Below are positions 1-11,508 of a stretch of 64,000 nucleotides of DNA, one piece after another. Origin of the DNA: Naegleria gruberi. Lineage: Eukaryota. The notes beneath the pieces are model-generated. The model was given only the letters and a program-made list of their open reading frames with translations. It did not search any database and was not told the origin of the DNA. Position 1 is the first letter of the stretch, and each line of letters begins with the position of its first letter. The translations under genes were made by a program, and so were the position numbers. The stretch lies in the NCBI GenBank assembly GCA_000004985.1, contig GG738907.1; one strand, written 5' to 3'.

Positions 1-754
1 TATAGTCTTTGAACTTATTGGAAAGGTCAATAAGGAAGGAAACACTCCAGTCACCTTACAATTCTTTGTAGATGAAGAATTGGGTAATCAAATCAAGAAT
101 GCCACTTTCAAAAACCCACTCATGTTTGATAAAAACAGACATGAGCTCCCTGATGAAGTAAGAAATGCAGTAGAAACTTGGATCGCTATTCGAAAGAAGG
201 CATGTGATGAAAATGCAGAGATGAGCTCCATAAAAATCACGACAACCAAATTGGCAGCCTATGCAAGTAATACATTTGTGAAATGCTCAAAATCAGGTGG
301 ACCAACTTATTGTTTGGTTGGTGATGCAGCCTTTGGGATGCCCTTTTTTAGAAGTTTGAATAATGGCATGTTATGTGGAACTGAACTAGCTCAAGCAATT
401 TCACTTGACTTTGCTGGAATGAAAAAGAAAGAGTCAATTTTCAAATCATTAGGAACAAAGATTTCAGGTGTTGTTTCTCAACAAATTGGTGGAAGAACTT
501 CACCTTCCGAAGGTCCCGTTTCTGATACTATGGTTGAATATGCAAATTATGTACGAATGTTGGAACAGAAAGAGTATAATTTAGCAAAAATCAAGAGCTC
601 AGGTCTAGTTGCATTTAGAATGTTCACTCGTGTGAGCTCTAAAGTGCCATGGCAAACGAACAAATTTTCACAGGAAGAAATAGATGAAATCAATAAGTGT
701 AAGAATTCGTATAGTGATGATAATCGAGTTAGCTCGTTGATGGACTCTCTTTAA
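1..754 (+). CDS. FAD-dependent monooxygenase-like protein, 5'-truncated by the window edge (C-terminal part only)
   Basis: The reading frame is open from nt 2. The tool's start at 80 is a TTG, and the frame runs upstream as IVFELIGKVNKEGNTPVTLQFFVDEELGNQ. The motif CLVGDAAFGMPFFRSLNNGMLCGTELAQ resembles the GDAAH..P..GQG.N.G..DA substrate/FAD motif of flavin aromatic hydroxylases, with H>F and a degenerate GQG. Stop at 752-754. Confidence 0.45.
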   Translation, partial: IVFELIGKVNKEGNTPVTLQFFVDEELGNQIKNATFKNPLMFDKNRHELPDEVRNAVETWIAIRKKACDENAEMSSIKITTTKLAAYASNTFVKCSKSGGPTYCLVGDAAFGMPFFRSLNNGMLCGTELAQAISLDFAGMKKKESIFKSLGTKISGVVSQQIGGRTSPSEGPVSDTMVEYANYVRMLEQKEYNLAKIKSSGLVAFRMFTRVSSKVPWQTNKFSQEEIDEINKCKNSYSDDNRVSSLMDSL

Positions 755-1073
755 CAACATAAACATGTAACACACAGTAAACAGCTACCGTAGTTTTTCG
801 CTTTGTACATGTTGTGTTTCTCATTAATTCGCGAATGGTCCAAGTTGGGGTGGCACTAATTGCGTGCAAATTAGCGCCCGCAAAATATCTTCTGTTTTCT
901 CACTGGTCCTAGCATTTCATATCTTTTGTAATCTCTTTGAACATTTCACACAAGCATTTTAAGGCAAATTTTAGATACTTTACTCTACTCCGAACTAAAC
1001 TCCTTTATAAGCATGTCTAAATCAATAAATAGTCAACTTACCACCAACGTTCGTATAAACGATTAGAAAAAAT

Positions 1074-2063
1074 ATGAAAACCTCATTGATTGCATTAATT
1101 GCCTTCATTCTTTCTTGCCAACTAGCTTTAGTAACCTGCGCATGCCCACCAGGCATGTACATTGCTAATTCTCAATGTAAGCCTTGCTCACCAGGAAACT
1201 ATTGTTTAAATGATGAATCCAAGCCATGTCCTGCAGGAACCATCAATACTGATGTTGGACAAACCACATGTCAAGCATGTCCAAAAAATTACATTACCAA
1301 CCAACAACATACTGCATGCATTCCATGTCATTACAGAACCAATGAAGATTTGACATTCTGTCTCTTGCCAAACACCCCAATGAATGCTTTGGAGATTACT
1401 AAAGTAGAAAATCATTTGACTAATATCACTGAAGGAGAATCTAACTACTTTTTCAAAAAAATCAAATTTGGAAATGGTCAAGCAACTGAACTAGTCACTG
1501 TTCAAGAAACTTTCTCCCTTCTCGTCAATAAGAGATTGATGATTTTTGCAAGCAAGTTGACAGGAATGCCAGGTAAAGATAATTACCAATATGTTGGAAG
1601 TGGAGTGAATACAACTTTGGGAATTGTTGGAAAGGCTGGAACTGAAGAAATGTACTATTTCAATGTTATTTTAATGGAAAGTATTCCAAGATTTGCAAAC
1701 GAATTGTTTATCCAAGACTTTACAACAGTTATTCAAGCAGAGCGTCCATTAATGGGCATGGGTAAAAATATAGTTTCACTTTCTGAGCATGTTGAAACCA
1801 TCATTGAATTTAAGAATACCATTTATATGAATGATCCATTGAATTTCAATTTGGAATTCAGTGATCCATCAGTTGAAGTTTACTATTCCACAAATCCTGA
1901 TATTCAATTTCCAAATCCAAATAATTCCTTCTTTGTTTCTTATAATTCAAAGTCTGTTTCATTCCAAGTTAGAAATCCTCCTACTGGTATGATACGTGTT
2001 GCTATCTATAAAAAGGTAAATAATGGCAAAGCAATTGTAACCATTTCACCAATCAAGAAATAA
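1074..2063 (+). CDS. Secreted cysteine-rich protein: signal peptide, then CxxC/CPxG repeats (TNFR / ephrin-receptor-like Cys repeats), then a ~230-aa C-terminal domain of unknown function
   Basis: ATG at 1074 in an A-rich context. The hydrophobic N-terminus MKTSLIALIAFILSCQLALVTC is followed by CPPGMYIANSQCKPCSPGNYCLNDESKPCPAGT...CQACPKNY...CIPC. Confidence 0.5.
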   Translation: MKTSLIALIAFILSCQLALVTCACPPGMYIANSQCKPCSPGNYCLNDESKPCPAGTINTDVGQTTCQACPKNYITNQQHTACIPCHYRTNEDLTFCLLPNTPMNALEITKVENHLTNITEGESNYFFKKIKFGNGQATELVTVQETFSLLVNKRLMIFASKLTGMPGKDNYQYVGSGVNTTLGIVGKAGTEEMYYFNVILMESIPRFANELFIQDFTTVIQAERPLMGMGKNIVSLSEHVETIIEFKNTIYMNDPLNFNLEFSDPSVEVYYSTNPDIQFPNPNNSFFVSYNSKSVSFQVRNPPTGMIRVAIYKKVNNGKAIVTISPIKK

Positions 2064-2180
2064 AGGTAATACTTGGCATGTCCAATTCTATTTGTTTCGT
2101 TGTGGAGGTGATTGAGAAATAAAATCTTGAATGTAGGAGGAGTTAGACAACTTTATGTTGAAGGTTAAAAAGTGCGTGCC

Positions 2181-2465
2181 TCATAAAGAGGAGTAGGGAA
2201 ACCAATACGGAAAATGATGTGGGTTTTGCTGCTTGATATCATCCCAAGAGAATTCAGGTAGTAAATTCCCACTATTTATGTCCCTGTAAATCTTTTTGAA
2301 TTCCTCATCTACTGGCATGTATTCAACTGTTTGAAGATTTTTGCAGTCTTTGAAAGGATTGCACGAGAAAAAAGCAATTGATAATTTCAATTGCTTTAGT
2401 TTGGTAAGGGATTTAATCATCTCGGCAAATTCATCATCATGGAATGAATTATTTCCAATTTCCAA
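2181..2465 (-). pseudogene. In-frame continuation (LRR-like tail) of the TPR/F-box gene, lying downstream of a single TAG stop. This is either a disrupted gene, stop-codon readthrough or a sequence error
   Basis: It is in the same frame as 2475..4013 and is separated from it only by the TAG at 2475-2477 and three codons. The tail translates as LEFLEIGNNSFHDDEFAEMIKSLTKLKQLKLS..CKNLQTVEYMP, which is LRR-like. Confidence 0.3.
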
Positions 2466-2474
2466 AAACTCTAG

Positions 2475-4013
2475 CTATGGGTTATTTGTAGGAATAGTTC
2501 TTAACAAAGTAGTATGATAATTGTGAAATACCAATCTCTTTAAATTTTTGAATTTGGTAATTACTACGTGTTCAAGGTATCTGTCGTAGCCATAGTCGTG
2601 TAGCATAGAAAATTCTGAAGAATCATAAATAATTAAGTTCTTTGCATTTTCTTGCAAAAGAGGAATATTTAGCACATTAAGCATCATTTCTCTCTTGTTA
2701 GGGGTTTCTTCTTTTGGAAGGAATAAATTCTTAACAAGAGATGTAATAGCTTTCTTATCTGTTGTGATCAAGGAAGCACAACTAATATGAATATCATTCT
2801 CCTGTAAGTATTTCTTGATAAACATTCTTGTATACTTGTTAAGTGAAGATACAACCAATAATTGCTTGGTTTGAAGGAAGGACATGATGTGAGATAACGC
2901 ATCCTCATTCAATAATCTAAGATGGAATAATGGTAATGGTTTAGCAAATGGATTGAGGAGTTTTGCCTTATGTTCATCGCTCTTCTTTTCAGTCTCCAAT
3001 CCCAATCGTCCATAGGAAACAGCTCTCATTGTGTATACTATATCTCTTTGCTTGAGGAGAGGCATCAAAGAAATAGACTTGGTAAAGTCATTGATAGCAA
3101 GTTGTAACTCTCCTAAATAATAATAGCATAATCCTCTATTGTAATAGGAAGATTCAACATATTCAGAATGATAACTTTCTCCCAATTCAATAGCTTGATT
3201 AAAGTATGGAATTGCATCCAGATAGTAAGTGCCAGAGTAATAAGCTACGCCAGCTCTAATGTACAATAATTCCAATGTAATGTATGTATTTGGTTTAGTC
3301 TTGAGTACTGGCTTATCAGTACCAAGCATCAAGCTGTGATTGTAATAATTCTTTGCTTGATTTGTAAAATTGGTTACACTAGTGGAATAGTAGGACCAAT
3401 TTCTCGACCAGGAAGCAGCAATTTTCTCAATTGGTTTCTTGGCTTCCAATTGCATTGAAAAGAATTTCTCTTCTAAATCTAGCAATGATTGTTCAGCATT
3501 TTGATTTTCAACCAATTCAGTTTCAAGAGAAATTCTGTGATCAATTGATTTTTGGAAATAATTAGCAGCTTCCTTATATTCTCCATTTCCATAACAACAA
3601 ATTCCAAGTAAATATTCAAGTAAATAGAACTTGGAGTCACCATTATTAACAACATTCATCAATGAGAGAGCTTCGTGTAAATCCTCTTTTGCCAAATCAA
3701 AGTCATTCCCTTCCAATCTAGCAACACATCGTTGAACCAACAATGTGGCCAACTTATCCTTATCGTCATCACTCATACCTTCCGATTGTTTTTTAATTTC
3801 TGTGATGGATATTGTCGATCGCTTCTCAACTTGATTAGAGGCTGCTTGATCAATTTGTTGCTTCTTCCTCTTGAAGAGGTCGAACATCTTTAAATTATTA
3901 GCCTTGATTGCTTCATCCATTGCCTTGATTCCACTGCCAATTTCTTGAACGCCTTTAATCAAAAAGATCACTGGTAAAAGGAATAAAGGGGGTGCATAGG
4001 CTCCTCCACACAT
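2475..4013 (-). CDS. TPR-repeat protein with N-terminal hydrophobic segment and a C-terminal F-box-like motif; the ORF is interrupted by an in-frame TAG (see next feature)
   Basis: ATG (rc) at 4011-4013. TPR-like repeats such as YYNRGLCYYYLGELQLAINDFTKSISL and NGEYKEAANYFQKSIDH. F-box-like LNEDALSHIMSFLQTKQLLVVSSLNKYTRMF. The TAG stop lies at 2475-2477. Confidence 0.5.
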   Translation of the reverse strand: MCGGAYAPPLFLLPVIFLIKGVQEIGSGIKAMDEAIKANNLKMFDLFKRKKQQIDQAASNQVEKRSTISITEIKKQSEGMSDDDKDKLATLLVQRCVARLEGNDFDLAKEDLHEALSLMNVVNNGDSKFYLLEYLLGICCYGNGEYKEAANYFQKSIDHRISLETELVENQNAEQSLLDLEEKFFSMQLEAKKPIEKIAASWSRNWSYYSTSVTNFTNQAKNYYNHSLMLGTDKPVLKTKPNTYITLELLYIRAGVAYYSGTYYLDAIPYFNQAIELGESYHSEYVESSYYNRGLCYYYLGELQLAINDFTKSISLMPLLKQRDIVYTMRAVSYGRLGLETEKKSDEHKAKLLNPFAKPLPLFHLRLLNEDALSHIMSFLQTKQLLVVSSLNKYTRMFIKKYLQENDIHISCASLITTDKKAITSLVKNLFLPKEETPNKREMMLNVLNIPLLQENAKNLIIYDSSEFSMLHDYGYDRYLEHVVITKFKNLKRLVFHNYHTTLLRTIPTNNP

Positions 4014-4631
4014 CTTGTTTTTGCTGTTTTAATTTGTAATTATTATTTAAATAATATTATTGTATGAATAATAATAATATGCAAAAGGAGCTATGATGGC
4101 TTTTTTTCTCTTGTTGATGACGAGTAGAGAGATGAAATGTTAAAAAGCAGGATAAACACATGGATAGGTTGTGATTTTGATGTCGAAATGTGATTTGTTG
4201 ATCAGAGAGAAGTAATAGAACATTAAAAGTTAGGAATACCTCGACCTGAGTACTATCCAAAGTTCATCAATATTCTTCTCTGAAATTACAATCAAAGTCT
4301 TCCATATCGTAATAATATTACATGAACAATATTTAACTTGATGTTTCTTAATTTTTAAATTTTTTTTTAATAAATTATTTCGATTTTAATTTTTTTTCAA
4401 TAAAGATTTTCCTAGTGATAAATTTAAATGGCTACACTTTCATTAGGAACACAGGATTGAGTATTTAACCACCTCTTTGGCATTATCTAATCAGAAATAC
4501 ACCTTAAATTCATGTTTAGACAATTGAATCAGTTCCCAAAAAGGAAACATAATTAATTGGTTTGATTTTAAGCAATCGATTACGATCTATTAAAACTGTG
4601 TTCTCTTTTCTAACTTTCCATCACAAAAAAA

Positions 4632-5432
4632 ATGAAAAAACACAGATCAACACTTTTTGGCATAGCTCTGTTAATTACCATCATCTTGACATTGTTGATT
4701 ATTGACAGAACAACTGCATCCACAAGTACATGTAATCGACCAGCTGATCCTTCTGTATCAGGTATCAAACGAGGTGTAGTTGCCAATGTATTGGAATATG
4801 ATAACGTTGAAGACAATGATGATTATGATGAAGTTTCGTCTCCAAAAGTTGTGATCGAAGGAGATGATGACGATAACTCAACTTTGCCTCTTGTAATGGA
4901 TACACCTGGTAGTTCAATTGATACAATGGGTGTTTTACGTGAAATTCCTTCATATGTTCAAGAAATTATTGACAAGCAACCTGAAATTTTCAATAATGTG
5001 ACAGGTGCCACTAATAAGAATTTGAAACATAGAAAAGAATTTATTGGAAAGAAGAGAACGCATTGCGTTGCATGTCGATTAAATTGTATGAATTTGGGAG
5101 TTTTTGCTGCATGTGAAAGAAAGTAAGTTTATGCTGATCTTTCGAATAATTGTATTAAAACTGAATATGAAAGGTATCATTTCTATGGTTGTAAATTCAT
5201 CTCTCCATGCATCACTGAAGTAACTGCCACAAAGGAAACCATCAAAGCTGCAGTAGGAATATGTATCGATAGAAATGGATGTATACTCAAGAAACTCAAA
5301 AACATATTCGAATATAAACTAATCAAAAATCAAGATGGGCAAGTAATCAAGCACAGAGTCAAGATAGTTCCACGTTTACCAAGAGTGTACAAGAAGGTAA
5401 AGAGATTGGCGCACAACATTTCTGATGAATAA
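4632..5432 (+). CDS. Small secreted acidic/Cys-containing protein, probably two exons: join(4632..5122,5174..5432)
   Basis: ATG at 4632 (aaaaaATG) followed by a signal peptide. Exon 1 ends ...AGAAA|GTAAGT (donor at 5123). A 51-nt intron ends ...tgaaag at 5173. Exon 2 stays open in the matching phase for 86 codons, to the TAA at 5430-5432. The exon-2 continuation is inferred, not proven. Confidence 0.35.
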
Positions 5433-5694
5433 ACTGTAGAAATATTCTAAAGCAAATACTAAAGAACTCCAATTAAGGAAAGATTCGATTCAATCGCTAT
5501 TTGATGATTTACACTACTTTTTATTAAGTTTTGGTGCAATCACAAGTTGTGTTTCTCAAATTCAACATGCATGGAACCTTTTTCTATATATATTTGAGTT
5601 TTGTAATCATGTTTCAATTCTCCTAACAATTTCCATTCACCAAACACAAGAATTTTCCTAAAATCTCACTAATTTCATTTATCACTTCTCTGAT

Positions 5695-6837
5695 TTACAC
5701 TTGCTGATTCTTCACAAAATTATAAAAATCAATCGTGAATATTGAAATTCTCCATGCATGCTTTCGTTCTGATTGAGATCGATGAGTATTCTCTCTAAAT
5801 AATTGTTTGTACTCTTCACTGGAGAGAACTACTTTACAATTCTTGTCAGGAAACTGACTCTGATATAATGGAACGAAATAATTCATGATTTGAGTTCGAT
5901 TTTTGAAAACATCCACCAGCACATAATTTTCTCCTTTCCATTTGACTGAAAATTGCTCAATTCCTCCAAGAACTGGAGCTTCTTCAATATCAACTGGTTG
6001 CTTACTAGCTCCTGATTCATCAACTAATGAAAACGTTGTTTGAGTAGTAAGTAAATTATTCGAAAGTTGTTCATTAGAAACAGGTGAAGTTTTCCTCTTT
6101 TTCTGTGCTTTCTTTTTCCTTGGTTCGTTTTGATTTTGCAATTCAGAATTTTCTCGTTTGTTAGGTGCAGTTTTTAATTCATAATTTTCTCTCTGCAATT
6201 CAGTAATTGTTTTGTGTTGAGTTTCTAATTCTCTTTCCAATAGATGGATTCTTTCTCTTAGTTGGTTGATTAAATGTTGTTGAGAATCTGCTGCATGTAC
6301 TTCATGTTGAATGTGGTGATTGTAGGGAGAATTTGTTGAGAGAATGTTTGTTGGTGAAGAAGTGGAAGAATTGAAATCTTTCGTCTGGTTTCCAATAGAT
6401 GCATATCCATAACTGCTTGATGTACAAGATGATGTTCTGTTGAAGAGGTTTCGTTCTGTTGTTGGAGGATACTGTACATGCCCTTCCTCATGCCACATGT
6501 GTTGTGATGGCATGGAAGCGGATGGCAAACTGCAAGACACATTATTAGAAAGATTATTAGAAAGGTGGAGGACATGATTGTTTGGTAATGTTGATCCTTG
6601 GAAGTTATCTTGGAATAAATCTCTCAAGTTTGGTAATGGCATGGGTTTCGTAGTCCAATTATCTGAAACATTTACTTGCCGAGAGTCTTCGAAAGTAGAC
6701 GAAACTTGTCGTATTCTTGTTGGTGGTGAAACAGATGAAGAATAAACCTCTTGTGATGATGATGAAACTGGATAATTGGATGAAGCAAAGAAATTGGCCG
6801 AATTTGCACTTCTTTGATTTGGATAGTTAGGAGACAT
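5695..6837 (-). CDS. Paralog family member A: low-complexity S/N-rich N-terminus with LPNLRDLF motif, leucine-zipper-like coiled coil, basic patch (PRKKKAQKKRK), conserved ~85-aa C-terminal domain of unknown function
   Basis: ATG (rc) at 6835-6837. The C-terminal block WKGENYVLVDVFKNRTQIMNYFVPLYQSQFPDKNCKVVLSSEEYKQLFRENTHRSQSERKHAWRISIFTIDFYNFVKN is shared with the genes at 8283, 9746, 11509 and 36266. Confidence 0.6.
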   Translation of the reverse strand: MSPNYPNQRSANSANFFASSNYPVSSSSQEVYSSSVSPPTRIRQVSSTFEDSRQVNVSDNWTTKPMPLPNLRDLFQDNFQGSTLPNNHVLHLSNNLSNNVSCSLPSASMPSQHMWHEEGHVQYPPTTERNLFNRTSSCTSSSYGYASIGNQTKDFNSSTSSPTNILSTNSPYNHHIQHEVHAADSQQHLINQLRERIHLLERELETQHKTITELQRENYELKTAPNKRENSELQNQNEPRKKKAQKKRKTSPVSNEQLSNNLLTTQTTFSLVDESGASKQPVDIEEAPVLGGIEQFSVKWKGENYVLVDVFKNRTQIMNYFVPLYQSQFPDKNCKVVLSSEEYKQLFRENTHRSQSERKHAWRISIFTIDFYNFVKNQQV

Positions 6838-8282
6838 TTGTTTAGTTTTTTTTCGAATAGATTAAACAATTCAGTGGTAAAGTCTGCGTCTAAAACAAAG
6901 TAAACAACACACTTTGATAAAGGAAATATCGGATGAGTCTTGATAACGAAACAATTCTAATGATTTTCACAAGATGAAACCTCGTTTCGAATAAGCTTGT
7001 TTAAGTCTTAAGAATTTGCACAAATTAGACAGGTGTCACAACTTACAACTTGAAATGCTGAGGTTTCCTCGCAAGATTCCTCTTGTTCATGTAAAGGAAA
7101 CAAGTGTCCCTATTTAACTCAATTGATTTGCAAAGAAAACTGAAAGATTTATAAGGAACTTTGTGCGATGAGATCATTAATCCGTAAACGATAGTCCAAT
7201 AACACGATGTATCAGATTGCATCCAATGTTTCAAGTGTAATTGTGTCTTCTTTTTCTTTCGTACAAATAGCTGTTATCATGCAAAGCCAACCGATATTAC
7301 CAAAAGTGGAAATGACATCCTAGTATAAAATTGTGTTGTTTCCAAAGGTCTGATAAAGGACTCCATTGTCTTGTCTTTATTATATTCATTTCATGTTCTC
7401 TTATAATAATGGTTAACTTTAGGCAAGTTTCGTCAAGGATTCATTTGATTGCAAATTATGATAATCCACACAGGTATATATATTGGATCTCCTATTCTTT
7501 TCATTTTACCCGAAAGAATTTCACCTCATTCTATAATTTGTTTCCAAGTGGCCACGAATGCTAACCTCAATATTTATAAGGTATTACCCTTTCTATCATA
7601 TGATCTAGAGTTGGCAACTGAATGTATCAAATGTACCAAGAAGAGAAGGTCTCGCAAAACACTTTTGTTTGTAACTATGGAATTATTTTCACCATTTCCA
7701 ACCAATGTTGAATTCACTGACAGTGAAGATGATACGCCACGATGATGATTGCACTTGTTGTTGAAGTCCTCCTCCATAAGCATCCGCTCCAAATATTGAG
7801 AATGCGAATGACAAGGTCTAACAACATTAGAAAATTTCAGTAAATGATAAGTTTTGTAATAAGGTTCTTCATTTTAAATTGTAAATTTTCAAGTCCTTAT
7901 ATTGTTGGAGATGAAGCTCTTTGTGTATAGTATTTTGGAATGAATGACATGATTCAACAATGTATTTCTATAATTTGATCATGAACATTCCAAACGAGTT
8001 TAAAAAGGACATTAGGTGATTGAAATATGTGTTCGAATTGTTGGATTAGATCCAAAATCAATTTTTCTCGTTTAGGTTAATAAGAGATCTCCCAAGATTG
8101 GAAAATTGAGTAAATTTGCTGATATATTAAGTCTTTCACTTCTGGTTAGATCTCTGTCAATTGATTCAAATCCACCAAGTATTTGGCTGTCTGAGAATGA
8201 ATCATTGAGATTCGTCATGTTTCTGATTGTAATTATTCTTGATCAATCTCTTCGTATTTAATTATTTCTGTCAAATTACATT

Positions 8283-9215
8283 TCATTTATTTTGACGTTT
8301 CACAAACTCATAAAATTCAATAGAAAATATGGTTATTCTCCAAGCTCTCTTTCTCTCACTTTCTTTAACATGTGGATTCGTACTAAACAGTTTCTTATAT
8401 TCCTCTCTTTCTAATACCATTTTCGAAACCTTATCTGGATTATTCGATTGGTAGAGTGGATAATAATAGTTTACAATATCTGATTTGTTACTGAACGCAT
8501 CGATCAAGACGAATTGTTCTCCATTCCAGTCAACTGTGTAATTTTCAAGGTTTTTGACTTGATTGTTGGCTTTTTGTTGACTCTTCTCAAATTCATCAAT
8601 CACGAGGAAGAGCTTTCTATCCTTTCGTTTGGTTTCGGTGAAATCTAGAGTTTCGTCTCGTTTCTTTAGAATTTCATCATGCTTTCTCTTCTTTTCTTTC
8701 ATTTTCTGGTTTTCATTCTCGAGAATGGAAATTGTGCTGTCTTGTTTCTTGACATCACTTTCAAGTTTTTGAATTCTTTCGTATAGTTTTTCGATAAGGC
8801 CATCCATGGTTCGTCCCATTTCGTCTCGAATTGCAGAGTGAAAAGGTATCTTGTCATGTCCCTTTGGAGATGTAGAGACACTACTCGTAAAGTATGGTTG
8901 TGACATTTGTTTCTTCTCCCAATATTCGAAACTATTTCCCCATGTAAATGTACTTTTCCTTGTTGAATTACATGTTTCGTCTCTACTTTCGAAAGGTTTC
9001 GAGACGAAAGTATCTCTTAGAAATTCATTGAAATTTGGCAATGCTGCCACTTCATCTTCTTCACCACAACTTCTTTCATTATTTCCTGGGCCCACAACTG
9101 CATCATTTCCTTTCGAATAATTTCTACCGAAAGGTAGGCTAAATAATGAACTATTCATTTGTCTTGTTTTTTTGTTTGTTATCCTTCCAAGCGACCAACC
9201 AACACACAACTCCAT
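8283..9215 (-). CDS. Paralog family member B (same architecture). The true start may be the downstream ATG at 9158 (MNSSLF...)
   Basis: C-terminal block WNGEQFVLIDAFSNKSDIVNYYYPLYQSNNPDKVSKMVLEREEYKKLFSTNPHVKESERKRAWRITIFSIEFYEFVKRQNK. N-motif LPNFNEFLRDTFV. Coiled coil LIEKLYERIQKLESDVKKQDSTISILENENQKMKEKKRK. Confidence 0.6.
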   Translation of the reverse strand: MELCVGWSLGRITNKKTRQMNSSLFSLPFGRNYSKGNDAVVGPGNNERSCGEEDEVAALPNFNEFLRDTFVSKPFESRDETCNSTRKSTFTWGNSFEYWEKKQMSQPYFTSSVSTSPKGHDKIPFHSAIRDEMGRTMDGLIEKLYERIQKLESDVKKQDSTISILENENQKMKEKKRKHDEILKKRDETLDFTETKRKDRKLFLVIDEFEKSQQKANNQVKNLENYTVDWNGEQFVLIDAFSNKSDIVNYYYPLYQSNNPDKVSKMVLEREEYKKLFSTNPHVKESERKRAWRITIFSIEFYEFVKRQNK

Positions 9216-9745
9216 TTAACACAAACACATCGATTCGTTCATAGGTTTAGTTTGCCTCCTTAACCTATCTGTTTCCAATAGTGGTTTCTTCTCAGTCCTT
9301 TCTAAAGTGATTAACCTCCCGATTTGTAAACTTTAAATCAAGATCTTTGTGTGATCTTTAATTTTCCGCCCAATTAAGATGCCACCTAAGGATTGACTTA
9401 CTCATTAATTAAAGAGATTCAAATAAAGGTTTCTAATAGTGGTGTGAAAAATGATAGAATTTGACGGCAAGTGTCCGAGATGGTGCACATTAAACATAAA
9501 TACTTTTAAAGTGAAATGCCAAGTTGTGCAGTAACATGAGCAATGTGGCTATGGATTTCTTTATTTGGGAAATGACAGTTGTGATGGACACGACTCTTAT
9601 ATCAATGGCTATAAAGCACAACATTGAGAGAACATGACATTTAAAAGTTTCTAATGTAATATGAGGAGGATCAAATCATCTCTGGTCGGGGTAGCAACAG
9701 TTTCGAATAAGATACACGAATGTGTGATAATGTTTACAGATTTTC

Positions 9746-10603
9746 TCAAACTCTTATATGGTTCTTAACAAAATTATAAAAATCGATTGTAAAGATTGAA
9801 ATTCTCCAAGCTTGCTTCTTTTCTGATGTCTTGATGTGCTGATTCTCTTTGAATAGTTTCTTATATTCATCACATTGCACAACTAATTTAAATTCCTTAT
9901 TTGGAAATGTGGTTTGATAGAGTGGACAATAATAATTCATAATTTCATCTCTATTCTTAAAAACGTTGATAATGACATATTGATTTCCTCTCCAATTGAC
10001 TAAATATTGATTTAAATCACCAACTCCTGATTCCAAATTTTCAATAAATGATGTTTCTTGGACAAGTGTCATTTGTTTTGATTGGTTGGTGAGTTTTTTT
10101 CTACATGCAGTTGGTTTTCCAATTTTTCTTGTTTTCAGTGATTGATTTTCTTTCAAGAGATTTGAAATTACTTGAGATTGTTCATAAATTCTTCTTTCCA
10201 TTTCTTCTATTTTCTGAATCAGAGACGAAACTTGAATCGAACTATCATTTTGTAAATCAACATGTTGACCATCACATGATAAAGATGAGCTCGATTGTGA
10301 AATTGCTTCAAATCTTGGATTATCCACTTGATGTGTTTGTTGCCCTTCAAATTTCACCTGACAAAATTCTTGATTATTAAAATTCTGTAAAGATGAAGAA
10401 GAAGGAGATGATGGAGAACACATGGATTGTGAAAGGAATTCTCTGAAATTTGGTAAAGCATGTTGTGGAGTTTCTTCCTGCTTGATTATTGCGTATTGAA
10501 GATGTTGATTCATTTTAGTCAACTGTGAGAATGTTAGTGGAATTGATTGTGTTTGTTTTTTAAAGTTTGTTGTTGCCAGATGCTTATCATCTGATGTTTG
10601 CAT
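9746..10603 (-). CDS. Paralog family member C (same architecture)
   Basis: C-terminal block WRGNQYVIINVFKNRDEIMNYYCPLYQTTFPNKEFKLVVQCDEYKKLFKENQHIKTSEKKQAWRISIFTIDFYNFVKN. N-motif LPNFREFLSQS. Coiled coil LIQKIEEMERRIYEQSQVISNLLKENQSLKTRK. Confidence 0.6.
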   Translation of the reverse strand: MQTSDDKHLATTNFKKQTQSIPLTFSQLTKMNQHLQYAIIKQEETPQHALPNFREFLSQSMCSPSSPSSSSLQNFNNQEFCQVKFEGQQTHQVDNPRFEAISQSSSSLSCDGQHVDLQNDSSIQVSSLIQKIEEMERRIYEQSQVISNLLKENQSLKTRKIGKPTACRKKLTNQSKQMTLVQETSFIENLESGVGDLNQYLVNWRGNQYVIINVFKNRDEIMNYYCPLYQTTFPNKEFKLVVQCDEYKKLFKENQHIKTSEKKQAWRISIFTIDFYNFVKNHIRV

Positions 10604-11508
10604 TCAAAATTGCGCAGCAAGAAGATGTGTAAGCAGAAAGGATGAGGTTTATTCTACTTTCGGATGATCAAACACCCGCTGTTATGAGCAAACCTCCTCG
10701 AATGTTTCTTGTCTGGAAGGCAGATTATTGTTATGGTGTTTGATAGCGGGGCGGTCAGTTGGCTGTACTACACTATGCGATATGTCTTTGTCCATCTATT
10801 GATGCGAATTTGAATGGTGAAACAAGTTTATTAGAAACTAATCTTTTGAAGTTGTTCAATAGAGTAAGTTTAAAATTCGAAAACATACATATTATCCAAT
10901 GAAAATCAAAGTGTTTATTCCAATTCTAAAGAAAGGTTTCGAATATTAAATAAAGCAACATGCCATGTTAAATAATCTCCAAAACCTTGAAACTAATGGT
11001 AAACTGAGTTCATAAGTTGCCCATCAATTTAAGATGACACAAAGATATAAATGTCAAAGAATAATGAATAATACCATGTCGCCTCCTCAATTTCAACTAC
11101 AGTTTTATGTCAATAATCACAATTGACATTAGATTGGCAACTTTCCTTTTATTAATACAACAAAATGTTACAAGTTAGAAATAGTAGCTAACAAGTTGGA
11201 ATGTGTTTAAAATTCTCCTGAGTAGAGCCACTACCAACTCATCTCGAGCTTATCAATCTTTATCCTGTTGATAGTGTGTTACAATTGATCAATTCATATG
11301 ATTCATTCAATTGTAGATGATAATAATTGATAGAAATTTATTAGAGATGATCTGCAGACACTTGAATGGTTTGTGTTTACTGTCTTTTTCGTTATTCAAT
11401 TACTATCTGGTTCTCACGAGTTTGTTTTCATTCTGATCTTTGGAATATTCTCTGTTCGTTTGTACAACACATGTAGTTTGCAAACATGTGTGGAGAAACA
11501 AGTAGACT

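Noticed and set aside
7043-7792. Cluster of small ORFs (63-98 aa) between paralogs A and B
   Set aside because: They have no recognisable motifs, a non-coding-like composition and overlapping frames. This is more likely promoter or intergenic sequence of the paralog cluster.
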